Positions 12,172-23,858 of a DNA stretch of 64,000 nt are shown in pieces (within the stretch, counting starts at the first letter, position 1; each line of letters starts with the position of its first letter). The DNA is from Diplonema japonicum (taxonomy: Eukaryota; Protista; Euglenozoa: Diplonemea), in the NCBI GenBank assembly GCA_964019335.1, contig OZ025704.1:450622-514621 (forward strand), in the 5' to 3' direction. The notes under the pieces were generated by a model. The model saw nothing but the letters and a program-made list of their open reading frames with translations. It was not told the DNA's origin and made no database searches. A program made the position numbers and the translations under genes.

Positions 12172-15100
12172 ATGTCTGTGGCCTCCATAGCAGCTTCCTT
12201 CTCGAACCCTGCATCCCGTGCCGCAAGCATCTGCCGGACGCAGTCAGAGGTCAGTGTTGGTTCGCACAGTCAGGTTGCAGAGCAGCCAGCCACACCTTCG
12301 TACCACAGCCGTGCACCCAGTACTAGCAATGTTATTGATGCTAGCGTCACCGGTGCTGGCCAGAGTATTGCACCAAGTGTGAGCAATGCCCCTACCCCCA
12401 GCAACCCTCCAAGTGCAAGTATCCATCCAAGCATTAGCAACCCTCCCAGTGCGAGCAACCATCCTGGTATTAGCAACCCTCCTAGTGCAAGTATCCATCC
12501 GAGCATTAGCAACCCCCCTAGTGCAAGCATCCATCCAAGCATTAGCAACCCTCCCAGCGCCAGCATCCATCCTGGTATTAGCAACCCCCCTAGTGCAAGC
12601 ATCCACCCAGGCATCAGCCCTCCTGAGGCTGTCGCAGAACCCGCCCCAAACACCACGACAGCCCCTCCCAGCGCCAGGGGCTCGCTCACATCTCAGGTAT
12701 CGCAGCGTGATGACTTCCTCCACGAGGTGCTCAGCACCACCATGCGGTCGCAGCGCAGCGAACCGGTCCAAATGCCACTTTCTTCCCTTCAGGATCCAGC
12801 TTCTGAAGTTCGTGCTGAGAGTCATGTGAGCACGCAGGGCCCCGCTCTACTTGCCAGGTCTGCCTCTTACAGTTCCTCTGTCCACAAGCCTACCCACGAC
12901 ACAAGCTCGCACAAGACCTCAGTTCATGATGCCGACTCCCTTAGGCCCTCCCTCAATACTGCCTCTCGAAAGCCTTCCGTTCTCGACTCTATCCACAACC
13001 CCTCCACTCACGATGCTGCTTCTCAAGGGACCTTGATCCAAGATGCTACCCTTGTTCGCAAGCTCTCCGTTCAGAGCATAGCATCTTCCTACAGGGCCCC
13101 AAGGAACCCACCATCGCAGGATCTCCAAAGCAGCAAGTCAAAGGCCAGCCACGTACCGAGCACCAGGACTGATGTGGCACAAGCCGTTGAGGCACAACTG
13201 GACAACACACGTTCCATGATGTCAGGGAGGTCACCTTTTGAGTCACAACCACTGCAGGCATCTGCCCGTTCTCCTTCAGTTAGCATAGTGTCTGTACAAA
13301 GCAAAGGTATTTCGTCACCGCCACCGCCACCCGCCCCTGCTGAGTTTGTCTTGGACAAAAGGTCTAGCGCGGTGCCCATGTACCCCAACGTGTCTGTGAG
13401 ATCGCTCAATGAGTCACAGGTCTCCCTTTCCGGGCCTTACAAACTCCCCGAGCAGCTGCCGTACCAGGTACCCACCACAGCTTATGAAATGCAAAAGCAG
13501 CTTGAGCATGAAGACGAGGCACGTGCCAAACGAGAGGTTTCAGAAGCAGAGAGCTATGCCACACCAACACCCCACCCTAGCGTGGTCAGTGTGGCCCAGT
13601 CCAGACAGGATGATGCCTCGGCGTGCAGCAATGAAGCAGAGGTCGAAGAGGAGGAGGCGGTAGAAGTAGTCGAAGACGTGGAAGAAGAAGAAGGAGAAGT
13701 TGACCGAGAAGTTAGCGCCCCTGAGCAAGAGGGGAGCGGCATCAAGGAGGTGGTAGGGAGGAAGGTGTGGGAGCCACCTGCGAAGGAAGAGCTTTCGCAG
13801 TACGTTAACATTCACACTGAGGAGAAGATAACACAGTACCGCCTGGACCCCACGGGGGCTCTCGACATCGGGTCGGCCTCCATGGTACAAGACATCGTCA
13901 AGGACCTTGTCGATGAGCTGAATGACATGAAGATTGCGTTGTTCAAGATGACAACGGAGCGTGACTCTCTGCTGGCCGAGATCGCGTTGCTTCGTGCTCG
14001 CCTTTTGGCGCCCAAGCCAGAGCCTGAGGCGACAAATATTATTATTGAGCAGCCTGTCGTGCAGGAAGTAGCAGAAATAGAAGGCCCCGGAATAATATTA
14101 AACTGGGCGCTGTTCCAAAAGCAACTTAGAGCTGCCCAAGCCGAAGCGGCTAGGTTGCGCAAGGATCTTGTTGCTAAGGACATCTACGAAGGTAGAGCGG
14201 AACGTGCCGAGGACGCCCTGCGCAAGGCAGAGGAAGTGATGCTTGAGGTGCAGCTTGCATTCAACGAACTCGCCACAACGCGGGAGGACGACATCAGAAC
14301 TCTCTCAAAAGAGAACCTCGAACTGCGCGGCTCGATCAATGCCAGAGTACCGAGGGAAGAATTCAGGAGTATTGAAGCAAGACTGGCTGATAAGAACAAG
14401 CAGCTAGAACTCGAGAGAAAGATGGCAGAAGCGACACGGCTTGGGTTAGTTGACGAACTGGCAGCTGCGCAGCTGCTTGTGAGTAGGATCGAAGAAGAAG
14501 CGGCACAAAGGGAAGAGCGGCTGAGGGAGCTGCTTGTCCAAAGTGGAGATGAGCAGAACAGGCTTTTACAGCAGCTGATCCTCAGCGAGCAGGCATTGCT
14601 GCCCGAGCTGAGGGACAAGCTGCTTCTACAAAAGGAGACCATCGCAAGACTGCTGAAGAACATAACGCGACTTGAGGACGATAAAAAGGCTTTGCGTGCT
14701 GATGTGTTAGCAGCTGAGACGCTTGCGGAGAGCACAGAGAATGAAAGAGAGGCTATGGAGAAAGAACTCAAGGCGGCGAAGGCAGAAGGGGCCATGCTGA
14801 GGCAGATGTTGGAGAAGATCGCAGACAGCGCTCGCGAGGCAATGGAGTTGCGGAAGGAGCTGGCCAAACTGAAAGGTGTGAATGAGCATCTGCGTGATAA
14901 GCTGAAGGAGCGTGATGTTTACATCCTTAGCCACAAGAACACTGTGTCAGAGATGCGTGTGGAGCACGCAGCAGAGATGAAGAACGCTGTGGACCGTGTT
15001 ACTTCTTCGGTAAGGGCGCAGTCGGGTGAACTTTTTGGGAGGCACCTTTCAATGATGTCTACAAAGAACTTCACGGGAACACGCGAAGGGCAGGCTCTAC

Positions 15101-15288
15101 CTAGCCAAAGTAGGGCAGACGTACGCACCCGCACTGGACAGCCCAGAAGCACCGCTCTCGAGGCCATTCACATCCTTCACGACACTTTCGCACCTATGCA
15201 CAGCACGCGAAGCATGCAGAGCATGCCCTCGTTCCCCCCGCAACCACGCAATATTTCGCCCATAAGGGAGAAACATATGAGGCACTGA
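12172..15288 (+). CDS. Large S/P-rich disordered plus coiled-coil protein
   Basis: ORF of about 1038 aa from ATG 12172 after a pyrimidine tract and CAG. Acidic stretch and C-terminal heptads. Confidence 0.8.
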   Translation: MSVASIAASFSNPASRAASICRTQSEVSVGSHSQVAEQPATPSYHSRAPSTSNVIDASVTGAGQSIAPSVSNAPTPSNPPSASIHPSISNPPSASNHPGISNPPSASIHPSISNPPSASIHPSISNPPSASIHPGISNPPSASIHPGISPPEAVAEPAPNTTTAPPSARGSLTSQVSQRDDFLHEVLSTTMRSQRSEPVQMPLSSLQDPASEVRAESHVSTQGPALLARSASYSSSVHKPTHDTSSHKTSVHDADSLRPSLNTASRKPSVLDSIHNPSTHDAASQGTLIQDATLVRKLSVQSIASSYRAPRNPPSQDLQSSKSKASHVPSTRTDVAQAVEAQLDNTRSMMSGRSPFESQPLQASARSPSVSIVSVQSKGISSPPPPPAPAEFVLDKRSSAVPMYPNVSVRSLNESQVSLSGPYKLPEQLPYQVPTTAYEMQKQLEHEDEARAKREVSEAESYATPTPHPSVVSVAQSRQDDASACSNEAEVEEEEAVEVVEDVEEEEGEVDREVSAPEQEGSGIKEVVGRKVWEPPAKEELSQYVNIHTEEKITQYRLDPTGALDIGSASMVQDIVKDLVDELNDMKIALFKMTTERDSLLAEIALLRARLLAPKPEPEATNIIIEQPVVQEVAEIEGPGIILNWALFQKQLRAAQAEAARLRKDLVAKDIYEGRAERAEDALRKAEEVMLEVQLAFNELATTREDDIRTLSKENLELRGSINARVPREEFRSIEARLADKNKQLELERKMAEATRLGLVDELAAAQLLVSRIEEEAAQREERLRELLVQSGDEQNRLLQQLILSEQALLPELRDKLLLQKETIARLLKNITRLEDDKKALRADVLAAETLAESTENEREAMEKELKAAKAEGAMLRQMLEKIADSAREAMELRKELAKLKGVNEHLRDKLKERDVYILSHKNTVSEMRVEHAAEMKNAVDRVTSSVRAQSGELFGRHLSMMSTKNFTGTREGQALPSQSRADVRTRTGQPRSTALEAIHILHDTFAPMHSTRSMQSMPSFPPQPRNISPIREKHMRH
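12400..12615 (+). repeat. Coding tandem repeat, 6 x 36 nt (SNPPSASIHPSI/GI)
   Basis: Directly visible. Units differ mostly at synonymous positions. Confidence 0.9.
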
Positions 15289-15382
15289 CGCACATAGTTG
15301 TACTGTAACCTTCTGTTGTACATGTATTTTTGATTATTTCTCTACTTCCTTCTTTATTTACAGTACAGGTGCAGGTAGCATA

Positions 15383-18076
15383 ATGTTCGGGGGTAAGAAA
15401 AAGAAAGGAGGGGGTGCTGTGAACAACTTTGCAGGCTTCTCCATGGAGGACCTTGCACCGTCCCCGAAGGCCGAACCTAAGAAGCCGAAGCCGAAACCCA
15501 AACCGAAGCCGAAACCGAAGCCGAAACCCAAGGCTCAGGAAAAGCCGAAGGTCATAAAGCCAGTTCAGCAAAAACAGCCCGAGAAGGCACCAGCAGCTGC
15601 ATCTGCGGTGGGTGGGGCACAATTGAGCGATTTAGCCGCTATACAAAAGATGGCTGTCTTCTACAAACTGGTAGACCCGTCTAAAGAACCAGAGAAGATC
15701 ATAGAGCTGTGGTACAAGTACAAAGGCAACCCCAGTTCGTACTATAAGATAGCGAAGGATCGTTATCCTGCTGAGCACGTGCAGCATATCGCTTGGATGG
15801 AGACACAAAAGGGCATCCCGCTGAAACCCGTTGATGTACAAGACGCAGTGTCACGTTTGATAGGTTTCTACAAATCAGTAAACGTGGACAAGTCCCCTAA
15901 GGGTGCGGAGAAGATATGGAACGACCATAAGGACTTCCCGGAGGTATTATACCGCAAGGCTGCCATGAAATATGATGCAGACAAGATGGTGCAGCTGAAC
16001 TGGCTGTTGCGAAACCCGTTCCCCCCGTCACTCTTGACTGCTGAGCTTCAACTTGAGGGAAAAGCTCCTGAACCTGAAAGGCAGCCAACCCCACAGCAGG
16101 CTCCCACACCTCAGCCACCTACGCCAGAACAGCAGATAGAAAAGCCACCTGCACCACAACAGCAGCCGCCAACGCCAACGCCACAGCCACCAACTCCTCA
16201 ACAGGCGCCCACACCACAGCCACCTACTCCGCAACAAGTGCCTACACCGCAGCCACCTACCCCGCAACAAGCTCCTACGCCACAGCAGCCGCAGCCATCA
16301 CCACAGCCACCAACTCCGCAGCAAGCACCTGTTCAACAAGCACCCACTCCTCAGCCACCGACACCGCAGCAAATGCCCATCTATCAAGCTCCCACTCCAC
16401 AGCTTCCTACCCCCCAACAGGCACCATATAAGCCGCCAACTCCAAAGCAGCCAACACCTCAGCACGCACCACAGCCTCAAGTATCTACTTCGCAGCAAAT
16501 ACCACAGGCTGCAATGCCGCAGAACCCAGAAATGCCTGTCCCTCAAGTAGTCTCGGGGTCAAGGCCGCCTTCATTGCCATCTCACCAGCCAACTCCGCAG
16601 CAAATGTCCTCACAGCCGCCTCGTCTGCCTACACCGCAGCAGCTGATCACCACTTCACCTGCCCACACCCTGCACCAGCCCGCACCCCAGCGGGGATCCT
16701 TCCCTCGTCAACTCACACAAGAACCAACACCCAGTGCAGCACACCCACAGGTTATGCCTTCACAGATACCCCTCCAACCGCCCCTAGAGCTCGGGTTACC
16801 CGCGCCTATAGCATCCAACGTGACAGCACTTCCTGTGGTCACTCATCAGCAGCTTGGTACACCAGCTATGCAGACGTACCACACTCCTGTGCAGAGCAAC
16901 AAACCACCTTCACCTTCGCCGTGGCAAGACGTCATGCACTCATCTCAGAAGTCTGTTCAAGAGAACGAGTTGCATGAACAGCAGCAGAAGTTACTAATGT
17001 TGCAGAAACAGCTTGAGCAGCAGCAGCAAGCATTGCAACAACAGCAACAGCGGCACTTCGAAAAAGAAAAGCTTCTTGAACAGAGAGAGTTCGATCTCAA
17101 CAGGCAGCAAATACAAAAGAGACAGTACCAAGAAGCACAGTCCCCACAGATGGTGCATGTCAATGTTGCAGAAGAAGAAGTCGCAAGGCAGAAGGTATAT
17201 GCTGCTAATGAGTCGCTGCGGCTGAAAACTGTAGATCGTGTTGGGCGTGACGCATGGCGGGTGATGACGTGGGTGGAGAGAGACTCTGCCATTAACGAAG
17301 ACGACGTGCTGGCGACAATGGGTTTGGGCAGTGCAGACACAGGGATGACTACCGCCGCGCGGCAAGAGATCAACAACATGCGGGCTGCGGTACACACGTC
17401 GATAGCTATGCAGAAGGACGAGAACACGCGCGCGATGCAGCAGGAGGACGTGCAGTGGCAGGCGGCACGGCAACGGTTACGACAGCAAATGCAGAACAAA
17501 GTGCAGCCACAAGCTCAAGAGAAGAATGGATTAGACGACGCAAAATTAGAAATGGAGCGACGGAAGCAGGAGCAGGAGATACAGCACAGGCTTACGCTCG
17601 CAAGACACACGATGGTAGAGGCGGTTGAACAGATGACAAACCAGGCATATGCCGTCACTGCTGCCGCAAATATGAGAGTGGCTGAAGTCTCTGCTAGGAG
17701 ACACCTGAGTCCCCGTGGGACACGGGATGCCAGCCTCAGCCCACACGGACCTGCACATCGGCGTACTGGCGCCCCCCAGTTCCAGTATCATGTAAACCCA
17801 GCATTCACTTCTCCCAGCGCCGGCGTGCGCCCCCCTACGGAACAAAAGTATAATGTACCTGCGGAACAGAGGTATTATGTGCCGCAGGACCACAACCTCA
17901 CAAGAAGCCCTAGAAAAAAAGAATCCTCTGCAAGAAAGAAATTAGCGAACATCGCGAAGCAGATAAAAGATATTCTTAGCTCTGAGGACCCCCTCCTTGA
18001 CGACAGACCGAAGCCTCGGAGGAGAAAAAGGGACTCCGGCTCTGATGACTTGGATGAGTTTATTAAATACCTTTAG
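15383..18076 (+). CDS. P/Q-rich protein with KP repeats, a duplicated N-terminal helical module and coiled coil
   Basis: 897-aa ORF. PTPQQ repeats at about 16080-16640. Two similar FYK..D.SK.P...KI..W..YK modules. Confidence 0.8.
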   Translation: MFGGKKKKGGGAVNNFAGFSMEDLAPSPKAEPKKPKPKPKPKPKPKPKPKAQEKPKVIKPVQQKQPEKAPAAASAVGGAQLSDLAAIQKMAVFYKLVDPSKEPEKIIELWYKYKGNPSSYYKIAKDRYPAEHVQHIAWMETQKGIPLKPVDVQDAVSRLIGFYKSVNVDKSPKGAEKIWNDHKDFPEVLYRKAAMKYDADKMVQLNWLLRNPFPPSLLTAELQLEGKAPEPERQPTPQQAPTPQPPTPEQQIEKPPAPQQQPPTPTPQPPTPQQAPTPQPPTPQQVPTPQPPTPQQAPTPQQPQPSPQPPTPQQAPVQQAPTPQPPTPQQMPIYQAPTPQLPTPQQAPYKPPTPKQPTPQHAPQPQVSTSQQIPQAAMPQNPEMPVPQVVSGSRPPSLPSHQPTPQQMSSQPPRLPTPQQLITTSPAHTLHQPAPQRGSFPRQLTQEPTPSAAHPQVMPSQIPLQPPLELGLPAPIASNVTALPVVTHQQLGTPAMQTYHTPVQSNKPPSPSPWQDVMHSSQKSVQENELHEQQQKLLMLQKQLEQQQQALQQQQQRHFEKEKLLEQREFDLNRQQIQKRQYQEAQSPQMVHVNVAEEEVARQKVYAANESLRLKTVDRVGRDAWRVMTWVERDSAINEDDVLATMGLGSADTGMTTAARQEINNMRAAVHTSIAMQKDENTRAMQQEDVQWQAARQRLRQQMQNKVQPQAQEKNGLDDAKLEMERRKQEQEIQHRLTLARHTMVEAVEQMTNQAYAVTAAANMRVAEVSARRHLSPRGTRDASLSPHGPAHRRTGAPQFQYHVNPAFTSPSAGVRPPTEQKYNVPAEQRYYVPQDHNLTRSPRKKESSARKKLANIAKQIKDILSSEDPLLDDRPKPRRRKRDSGSDDLDEFIKYL

Positions 18077-18186
18077 TAATGACAATGGCAATGGTTTCTT
18101 TGTTACATTTTGTTATCTGTATAAGTCTCTTCTTTTTTGTTGTTGTGGATAGTGAAACACGTGTATGAATAGTAATATTAAAGAAA

Positions 18187-20172
18187 ATGAAAAAGGGTGA
18201 CCTCCCCGCACCCCCTGAGGTGCGATCTAATGTGAGCAGCTCTAGCAGCTCCAGTGATAGCGATAGCGATAGCGATAGCAGTACTTCGTCATCTTCATCC
18301 AGCTCAGCCCTCGCTAAAGTAAAGGTGTCTCCTCCTCCCACTGCTATGAGGGGTGCTCTACCGGGCCACATTAGAGGACTCGGGCTCAAAATGAAAGCAC
18401 CTGCTCCAGCCCCGAAGAGTGCTACTGCTCCTGTCACTCCGAGGAGTTCCCCTGTACCTGTCCCTGCTCCTGTCCCTCCCGCTGTCCAGCCGCCTTTTGT
18501 ATTCAGTGCAACTCCCGCCAAGCGGAAGCACCTTGTTTCCAACTGGAACAAGGTACACAGATGGAATGCAATGCAAGAGCTCCCGGAAACTGTTGACATT
18601 GTGAAGAAACAGCTGCGGTACGTCTGCAGCAGGGGGTATATTCTGCGAGTAGGCAGCGAGAATACACGAGACATGGTTATCCTGCTGATGCGGAGCGCCA
18701 TGTGCACCTCAAACGAGGAAGCGCCCATGGTCTTCGAAGCACTGCGTGTAGCCATCGAGGGCACCTTGGGGGAACATTCACTTCAGGCCTCTCATTATGT
18801 AAACAATAGGATTCTTGCAGCCTTAGCACTCTGGGTACATAAGCTGCGAGGGTGCACACAACCGACGATTAACCTGTTGCACTTGGTTAAAAAGGTCCTG
18901 CTTCATGTGCCGCCTCATCTGTTGCTCGAGAACCTCTACACCCTCCCGTCTGCGCTAGGCATGCTGCTGATTGAGGATAACATTGAAATCAGAAAGTGCG
19001 CGCAGAAATGCCTATCCAATATCTTCCCACAACGGGCGCCCATCACGCTCATGGAGCATGACACCCGACAGACAGTTATCAAAGACAATCAACAGGCGCC
19101 GGTCTGGGACCTGACGTCCCCACAGCCCGAGCGGCACATGGCTACCATCATTATGAACAACACGCCTCCCAAAGAGGTCGTGATAGAAGAGGTGACGCCG
19201 ACAGCAGTTGTTCTCCCCATAAAGCTCGATCCTCCCCCCAAACCAGCGCAAAGTATTTTGAAGCAGTCTAGCGGGACGAAAAGGATCCGATGGAACGACG
19301 ATCGGAGCACCGTTCACGTGTTCGAGAAGTTCTCAATCAGACTACCTCGCAAGCAAAGGAGTGTGGTAAAGGAGAAGAAACACGTTAATCAAGAGACAGT
19401 CAACATAAGAGTGAGCCTGACTTCACTGACCGCAAAGGAGAACGAGCTGAAGCCTGGGCTGAGGTTTCTCCCGTGGGAGGGCACCACACCGAAGTACTGG
19501 AACACCGAACTGTCATTTGCACATCAGACGAACGAGCAGTTAGGAACTGATTGGGGGAAGCTATGCCAAGTTGCTACAGTGTCACAGTCACCTGCAATGG
19601 ACTGCCCCCAATCTGCGACCAACCCGCAGCTAAGGACTTCGGGACTGCAAGAAAGTGCAGACCGCCCACTAACTTTGGCTTCCCCAGTAGAGCAAAAAGA
19701 AGGCAATGTGAATGTTGCAGACCACCCAGAAAAAGAAGACTATGCGCCACAGTTTTTGGCTACCCAACAGCAAAGGTCTGTTCAAGAGGAAGCAAGTGAT
19801 GTGAACAGCAAGGACTGCCCACGACCTTTGACTGTTACGCAGCGGAGGGCTCCTGTTCAACAGGAAGATGTAGGCAATACGGGCCGCCCACAACCTGTGG
19901 CCATCCCGCGGCGGAGGGCTCCTGTTCAACGACCTTTGGCTATCCCAAAGCGGAGGGCTCCTTTAGAGCAGAATGAAGATGTAAACAGGACCACGGCCTG
20001 TACACCCTTTAATTCCAGCACACTTAACTCTGACAATGAAACTAACTATGTCCCCCAACCGGAAGTCCCGCCACAAAACACAATGAAGCGTCCATACACG
20101 CCTGACACTGAAAGTGAGGACTATGTCCCTGAGCCGAAGGTACCGAAGGTTGATTTCGTTCTTATTGAATAG
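18187..20172 (+). CDS. Putative PP1 regulatory subunit, PNUTS/PPP1R10-like
   Basis: Helical TFIIS-N-like segment (LALWVHKL...VLLHVP...IRKCAQKCL), then SILK and RVxF-type KRIRW docking motifs and a downstream VHVF. Confidence 0.5.
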   Translation: MKKGDLPAPPEVRSNVSSSSSSSDSDSDSDSSTSSSSSSSALAKVKVSPPPTAMRGALPGHIRGLGLKMKAPAPAPKSATAPVTPRSSPVPVPAPVPPAVQPPFVFSATPAKRKHLVSNWNKVHRWNAMQELPETVDIVKKQLRYVCSRGYILRVGSENTRDMVILLMRSAMCTSNEEAPMVFEALRVAIEGTLGEHSLQASHYVNNRILAALALWVHKLRGCTQPTINLLHLVKKVLLHVPPHLLLENLYTLPSALGMLLIEDNIEIRKCAQKCLSNIFPQRAPITLMEHDTRQTVIKDNQQAPVWDLTSPQPERHMATIIMNNTPPKEVVIEEVTPTAVVLPIKLDPPPKPAQSILKQSSGTKRIRWNDDRSTVHVFEKFSIRLPRKQRSVVKEKKHVNQETVNIRVSLTSLTAKENELKPGLRFLPWEGTTPKYWNTELSFAHQTNEQLGTDWGKLCQVATVSQSPAMDCPQSATNPQLRTSGLQESADRPLTLASPVEQKEGNVNVADHPEKEDYAPQFLATQQQRSVQEEASDVNSKDCPRPLTVTQRRAPVQQEDVGNTGRPQPVAIPRRRAPVQRPLAIPKRRAPLEQNEDVNRTTACTPFNSSTLNSDNETNYVPQPEVPPQNTMKRPYTPDTESEDYVPEPKVPKVDFVLIE

Positions 20173-20265
20173 AGTGTTGGACTAGTGTCTGTAAGCCTTG
20201 TAAGCAGCGATTGCTCCAGTTTGTTCTCGATTAGATTAAGGTTTTCTCACCAGCATCACAGGAAA

Positions 20266-22110
20266 ATGGAAAAAAGCAAAATTGAAGATGAGATCAGGCA
20301 GAGCGAGGACGAGTCACCAGGCCCGATGCGGGGCCTGTACGAGATGATGAAGACTGGTGTCACGAGGTCGTATTTCAGGATGCTGTTGTACGCGTACTAC
20401 AGAGAGGTGGATGTGATTGGGATCGAGAATGTGCCAAGGACGGGACCCGTGATCTTCTGTGGGAACCATCAAAACCAGTTCGTTGACGGAGTGATGCTGT
20501 ACGCGCACTGCCCTAGAATACCGTCCTTTATCATCGCTGCTAAGTCGATGGGCAGGCAGGTGGTAGGGGACTTTGCACGCTTCATGAATTGCATCCCTGT
20601 GCGCCGCCCACAAGACGAGGCAGTTGCCGGACCCGGTGTCATCACCTCCGTCACCGAAACCCACATCACAGGGATGCACACCAAGTTCACCTCCATCCCT
20701 GGGGGTTCCCTCATCTCTATATCTCTCGGTGGCGCTTCTACCCTAATAGTGAAGTTGATGAATATAACTTCTGACACAGCAGCTGAGATCAAAGAGATCT
20801 CGACTGACAGCCTCCCCGAGGCACCAGAGGGCAGGGCTTACAAGATATTCCCTAAGATCGACCAAAAGGAGATGTGGCAGTCTGTGTACGCGAGGCTCGG
20901 ACAAGGGGGTTGCATCGGGATCTTCCCCGAAGGCGGGTCGCATGACCAGACATCGATGATAGGGATGAAGGACGGCATCGCGAGGATCGCGTTGGGGAGC
21001 ATCGAGCATGGGAACCAGCCACCCGTCATCATCCCTGTGGGGCTGACTTACTACTACGGGCATAGATTCAGATCAAGGGCCCATATTGAGTTTGGGAAGC
21101 CCTTGTATATCACTGATGACATGTACAAAGGGTACCAGGAAGACAAGGCCGCTGGCGTTGTGTCTTTAATGCAAGAGCTGCAGGCAGCTATGGCGGAGGT
21201 CACGATCCAGTGTCCTGACTGGAGAACCTTGAAGCAGGTGCACCACGTGAGAAGGCTGTACCAGCCTGGAAGGATCAAACTCGACGTGGCGGAATACCTG
21301 AGAACCACTAGACGGTTTGCCCAGGGGTTGCGACTTGTAGAAGACCTTCCAGCGGCCAAGGCATTGCTCGAGAAACTTGAGCTGTACCAAGAGAATTTGA
21401 AGGCATACCTGCTGACTGACCACCAAGTGCAGAGCCTTGACACCCTGCAGAGCCACACCAGTTACAAGCTCGTGGCGCACCGTATGTTCATGACTGCCTT
21501 TTGGTTCCTGCTGTGCATCACAGGCGTGGTCATCAACCTGCCTGTGGGTGTCATTGCGAGAGTGTACAGCGACGTGAAAAGCATGGAGGCGGTGAAGAAC
21601 AGTACCGTGAAGGTGCTTGGAAATGACGTAAAGGCCTCGTACAAGGTGCTGTGCGCTATGATGCTAGCACCTTTCTACATCATGATGTACGTTGTTCTGG
21701 CGTGGTGGTACTACAGTTTCGGACTTGCTGTGGTGATCCTCATAGTGTACCCCTTGTGGTCGTACTGGTCAGTCGTGTGGGCGAACAATTGCATGTGCGC
21801 TGCTAGGGCGACGTTCCCGTTGCTGCTGTCGCTGCACTCGGAGAATTACATGTCAAGGTTCAACGAGCTGCACAACTTCAGAAAGGAGCTGGTGGCCGAT
21901 GTGCGGCAGCTGGTTGACGTTCATGTGCGTGGGAAGCACGACCTATGGAGCAGCAGGTCTGAAGAGCTGTACCAAAGGATCGAAGCATTGGACTCTATTC
22001 CACCTACCGAAGAGACGCAGAACATGCCCTTCACGGTGGAACACACCTCCCGCCTGGAAAAACGCGCAGTCAGCAACACATCCTTCTCGTCCTCAGCAAA
22101 GTCCGAGTGA
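20266..22110 (+). CDS. Glycerol-3-phosphate/DHAP acyltransferase (fungal SCT1/GPT2-like GPAT)
   Basis: NHQNQFVD (HxxxxD), IGIFPEGGSHD, IIPVGLTY, HRFRS, C-terminal TM helices. Confidence 0.9.
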   Translation: MEKSKIEDEIRQSEDESPGPMRGLYEMMKTGVTRSYFRMLLYAYYREVDVIGIENVPRTGPVIFCGNHQNQFVDGVMLYAHCPRIPSFIIAAKSMGRQVVGDFARFMNCIPVRRPQDEAVAGPGVITSVTETHITGMHTKFTSIPGGSLISISLGGASTLIVKLMNITSDTAAEIKEISTDSLPEAPEGRAYKIFPKIDQKEMWQSVYARLGQGGCIGIFPEGGSHDQTSMIGMKDGIARIALGSIEHGNQPPVIIPVGLTYYYGHRFRSRAHIEFGKPLYITDDMYKGYQEDKAAGVVSLMQELQAAMAEVTIQCPDWRTLKQVHHVRRLYQPGRIKLDVAEYLRTTRRFAQGLRLVEDLPAAKALLEKLELYQENLKAYLLTDHQVQSLDTLQSHTSYKLVAHRMFMTAFWFLLCITGVVINLPVGVIARVYSDVKSMEAVKNSTVKVLGNDVKASYKVLCAMMLAPFYIMMYVVLAWWYYSFGLAVVILIVYPLWSYWSVVWANNCMCAARATFPLLLSLHSENYMSRFNELHNFRKELVADVRQLVDVHVRGKHDLWSSRSEELYQRIEALDSIPPTEETQNMPFTVEHTSRLEKRAVSNTSFSSSAKSE

Positions 22111-23858
22111 CATCCGTCGCTCTTAAAATAGCAAAAAAGAATAATCAAAAAAGAAATGTCTAGTGCAGCGTGTGTCTGTTTGTTCCCTCTCTTTTCCCCT
22201 TTTTTTTGTCGCATTTTGCGCCATTTCCCCTCTCCTTACATTTTTTGCTCCCTTAGGTGCTTACCCTCATTTTCTCCCGCAACGCGGCCCCCTCGCCTTT
22301 CCCTAGAGGGGAGCTTGTTTGCACTGCTCCTGTGACTCGGATGGCATGACCATAGTTATGCTTCTATTTGGGTTTTATTCTTCTTTTTTTTCCCCCCCCT
22401 TCGGATCTCTAATCTGACTGGGTATTTCTCCTCAAAAAAGGAACGAAAAAGAATCGAAGGGGTCCTTTTGTTTTTCTTTTGTTAGGTTTTAAAAAGACAA
22501 AGATGACGGCCCCACGGGTGGGGGGGGGGGGGGGGGGGGGGTCTAGCGGGAGCCCTTTGCGCAATTTATCTTTTTCTTCCATTTTTCTGATCATCTTTAT
22601 ACACATAGGCAACACGCCCCGTTTTGAGATTCCGTCAAGACTGGCGCATCGGGGCTGATGTATGAAATGGTTTCAGGTTTAATACAGGTGATGGTTGGCA
22701 TGAAGCAGGTGCCTACCATAAACAATGGTGGGCCGCTATTGGGATAGCCAATTTTGTTTTCTTCAATTTTCTTTTTTTTGTGGGGCATTTCATTTTTGAA
22801 TGCAGCTAATTTCTTTTAACCTGATGCACCCGGCTGCCCTTATTCCCGGAAGTAAGGAATGAGTGTCACTGCCTTTACATCCTTTGAGAACAAAAGGTTT
22901 AAAATTAGTGCCAATATTACATCCAACAGTTCTTCTTCTTCTTTTTTTCTTGCCTCTTCGGGTGCATCAAGAAGAAGAAACAGAAAAGCCGAAGAACCCC
23001 CCTCCCCTCCCTCGCTCTTTCGTTTTCTACTCCGGAAGATTCTTAATTCGGAAGTAACACAGAACAAAGAAAAAGAAATAAAGAAAAAGAAAAACGACAA
23101 ACGAGATGGGGGGGGGGGGTAAAAGAATAGAAGCTTGTCATCCTTTGTTGTGCTGAGCGAAAGATTTATTTTTTCCACTTTGTTGGCTTTTTTCTTTCTT
23201 TTTTTTTTCACACTGGTCTTTTTCTACCTCTCAGAAAACCAATAAACGACGAATTCTCTTTATTTATTTTATTTTTTTTTTTTTTTTTGCTTTTGTCAGG
23301 TTATTGGCGGGTTGGCAATTTCTCCGGTTCAGCCGGATGGATGTCAATGAAAGGGATTTTTCTTCTTTTTTTTTTCTATAAAAAAAACCACCAAACCCAT
23401 TTACAAGAGGGGAAAAAGAAAAAAGATGAACCTCTTTTTATCTTCACTGTTGACGGAATGGAATAGCACTTGTCGGGTCACTATCATGCGATGCGTGCCC
23501 CAGATCAAGAACTTACAACATCAGGACCCAGGTATTTGCTACATGAGTGTCGACAGACGACCTGATTCATGACTGGGTACCTTATCGACTTGTACCGAGC
23601 AAAAGAGAATTTTTTAATTTTTCGAATTCTCCTTCCGACTTTCGTATTTTACTTCAGATTTGTAGTCAGGGTGTAACAGCGGGGGGTGGGGGTGGGGGAT
23701 GTGAGAAGCTCATGACTTCTATTAATAAGAAAGCCTGGTATATTTTTTTTTTTATATTATTATTCTTCCTATTCTTTTAATTTCTTCCGCTTTTCTTCCC
23801 CCCCTTGACCCTCCCAATGTACAACTAGCATCTCAGGCGGAGGGGGTGGGTGTGGTGC

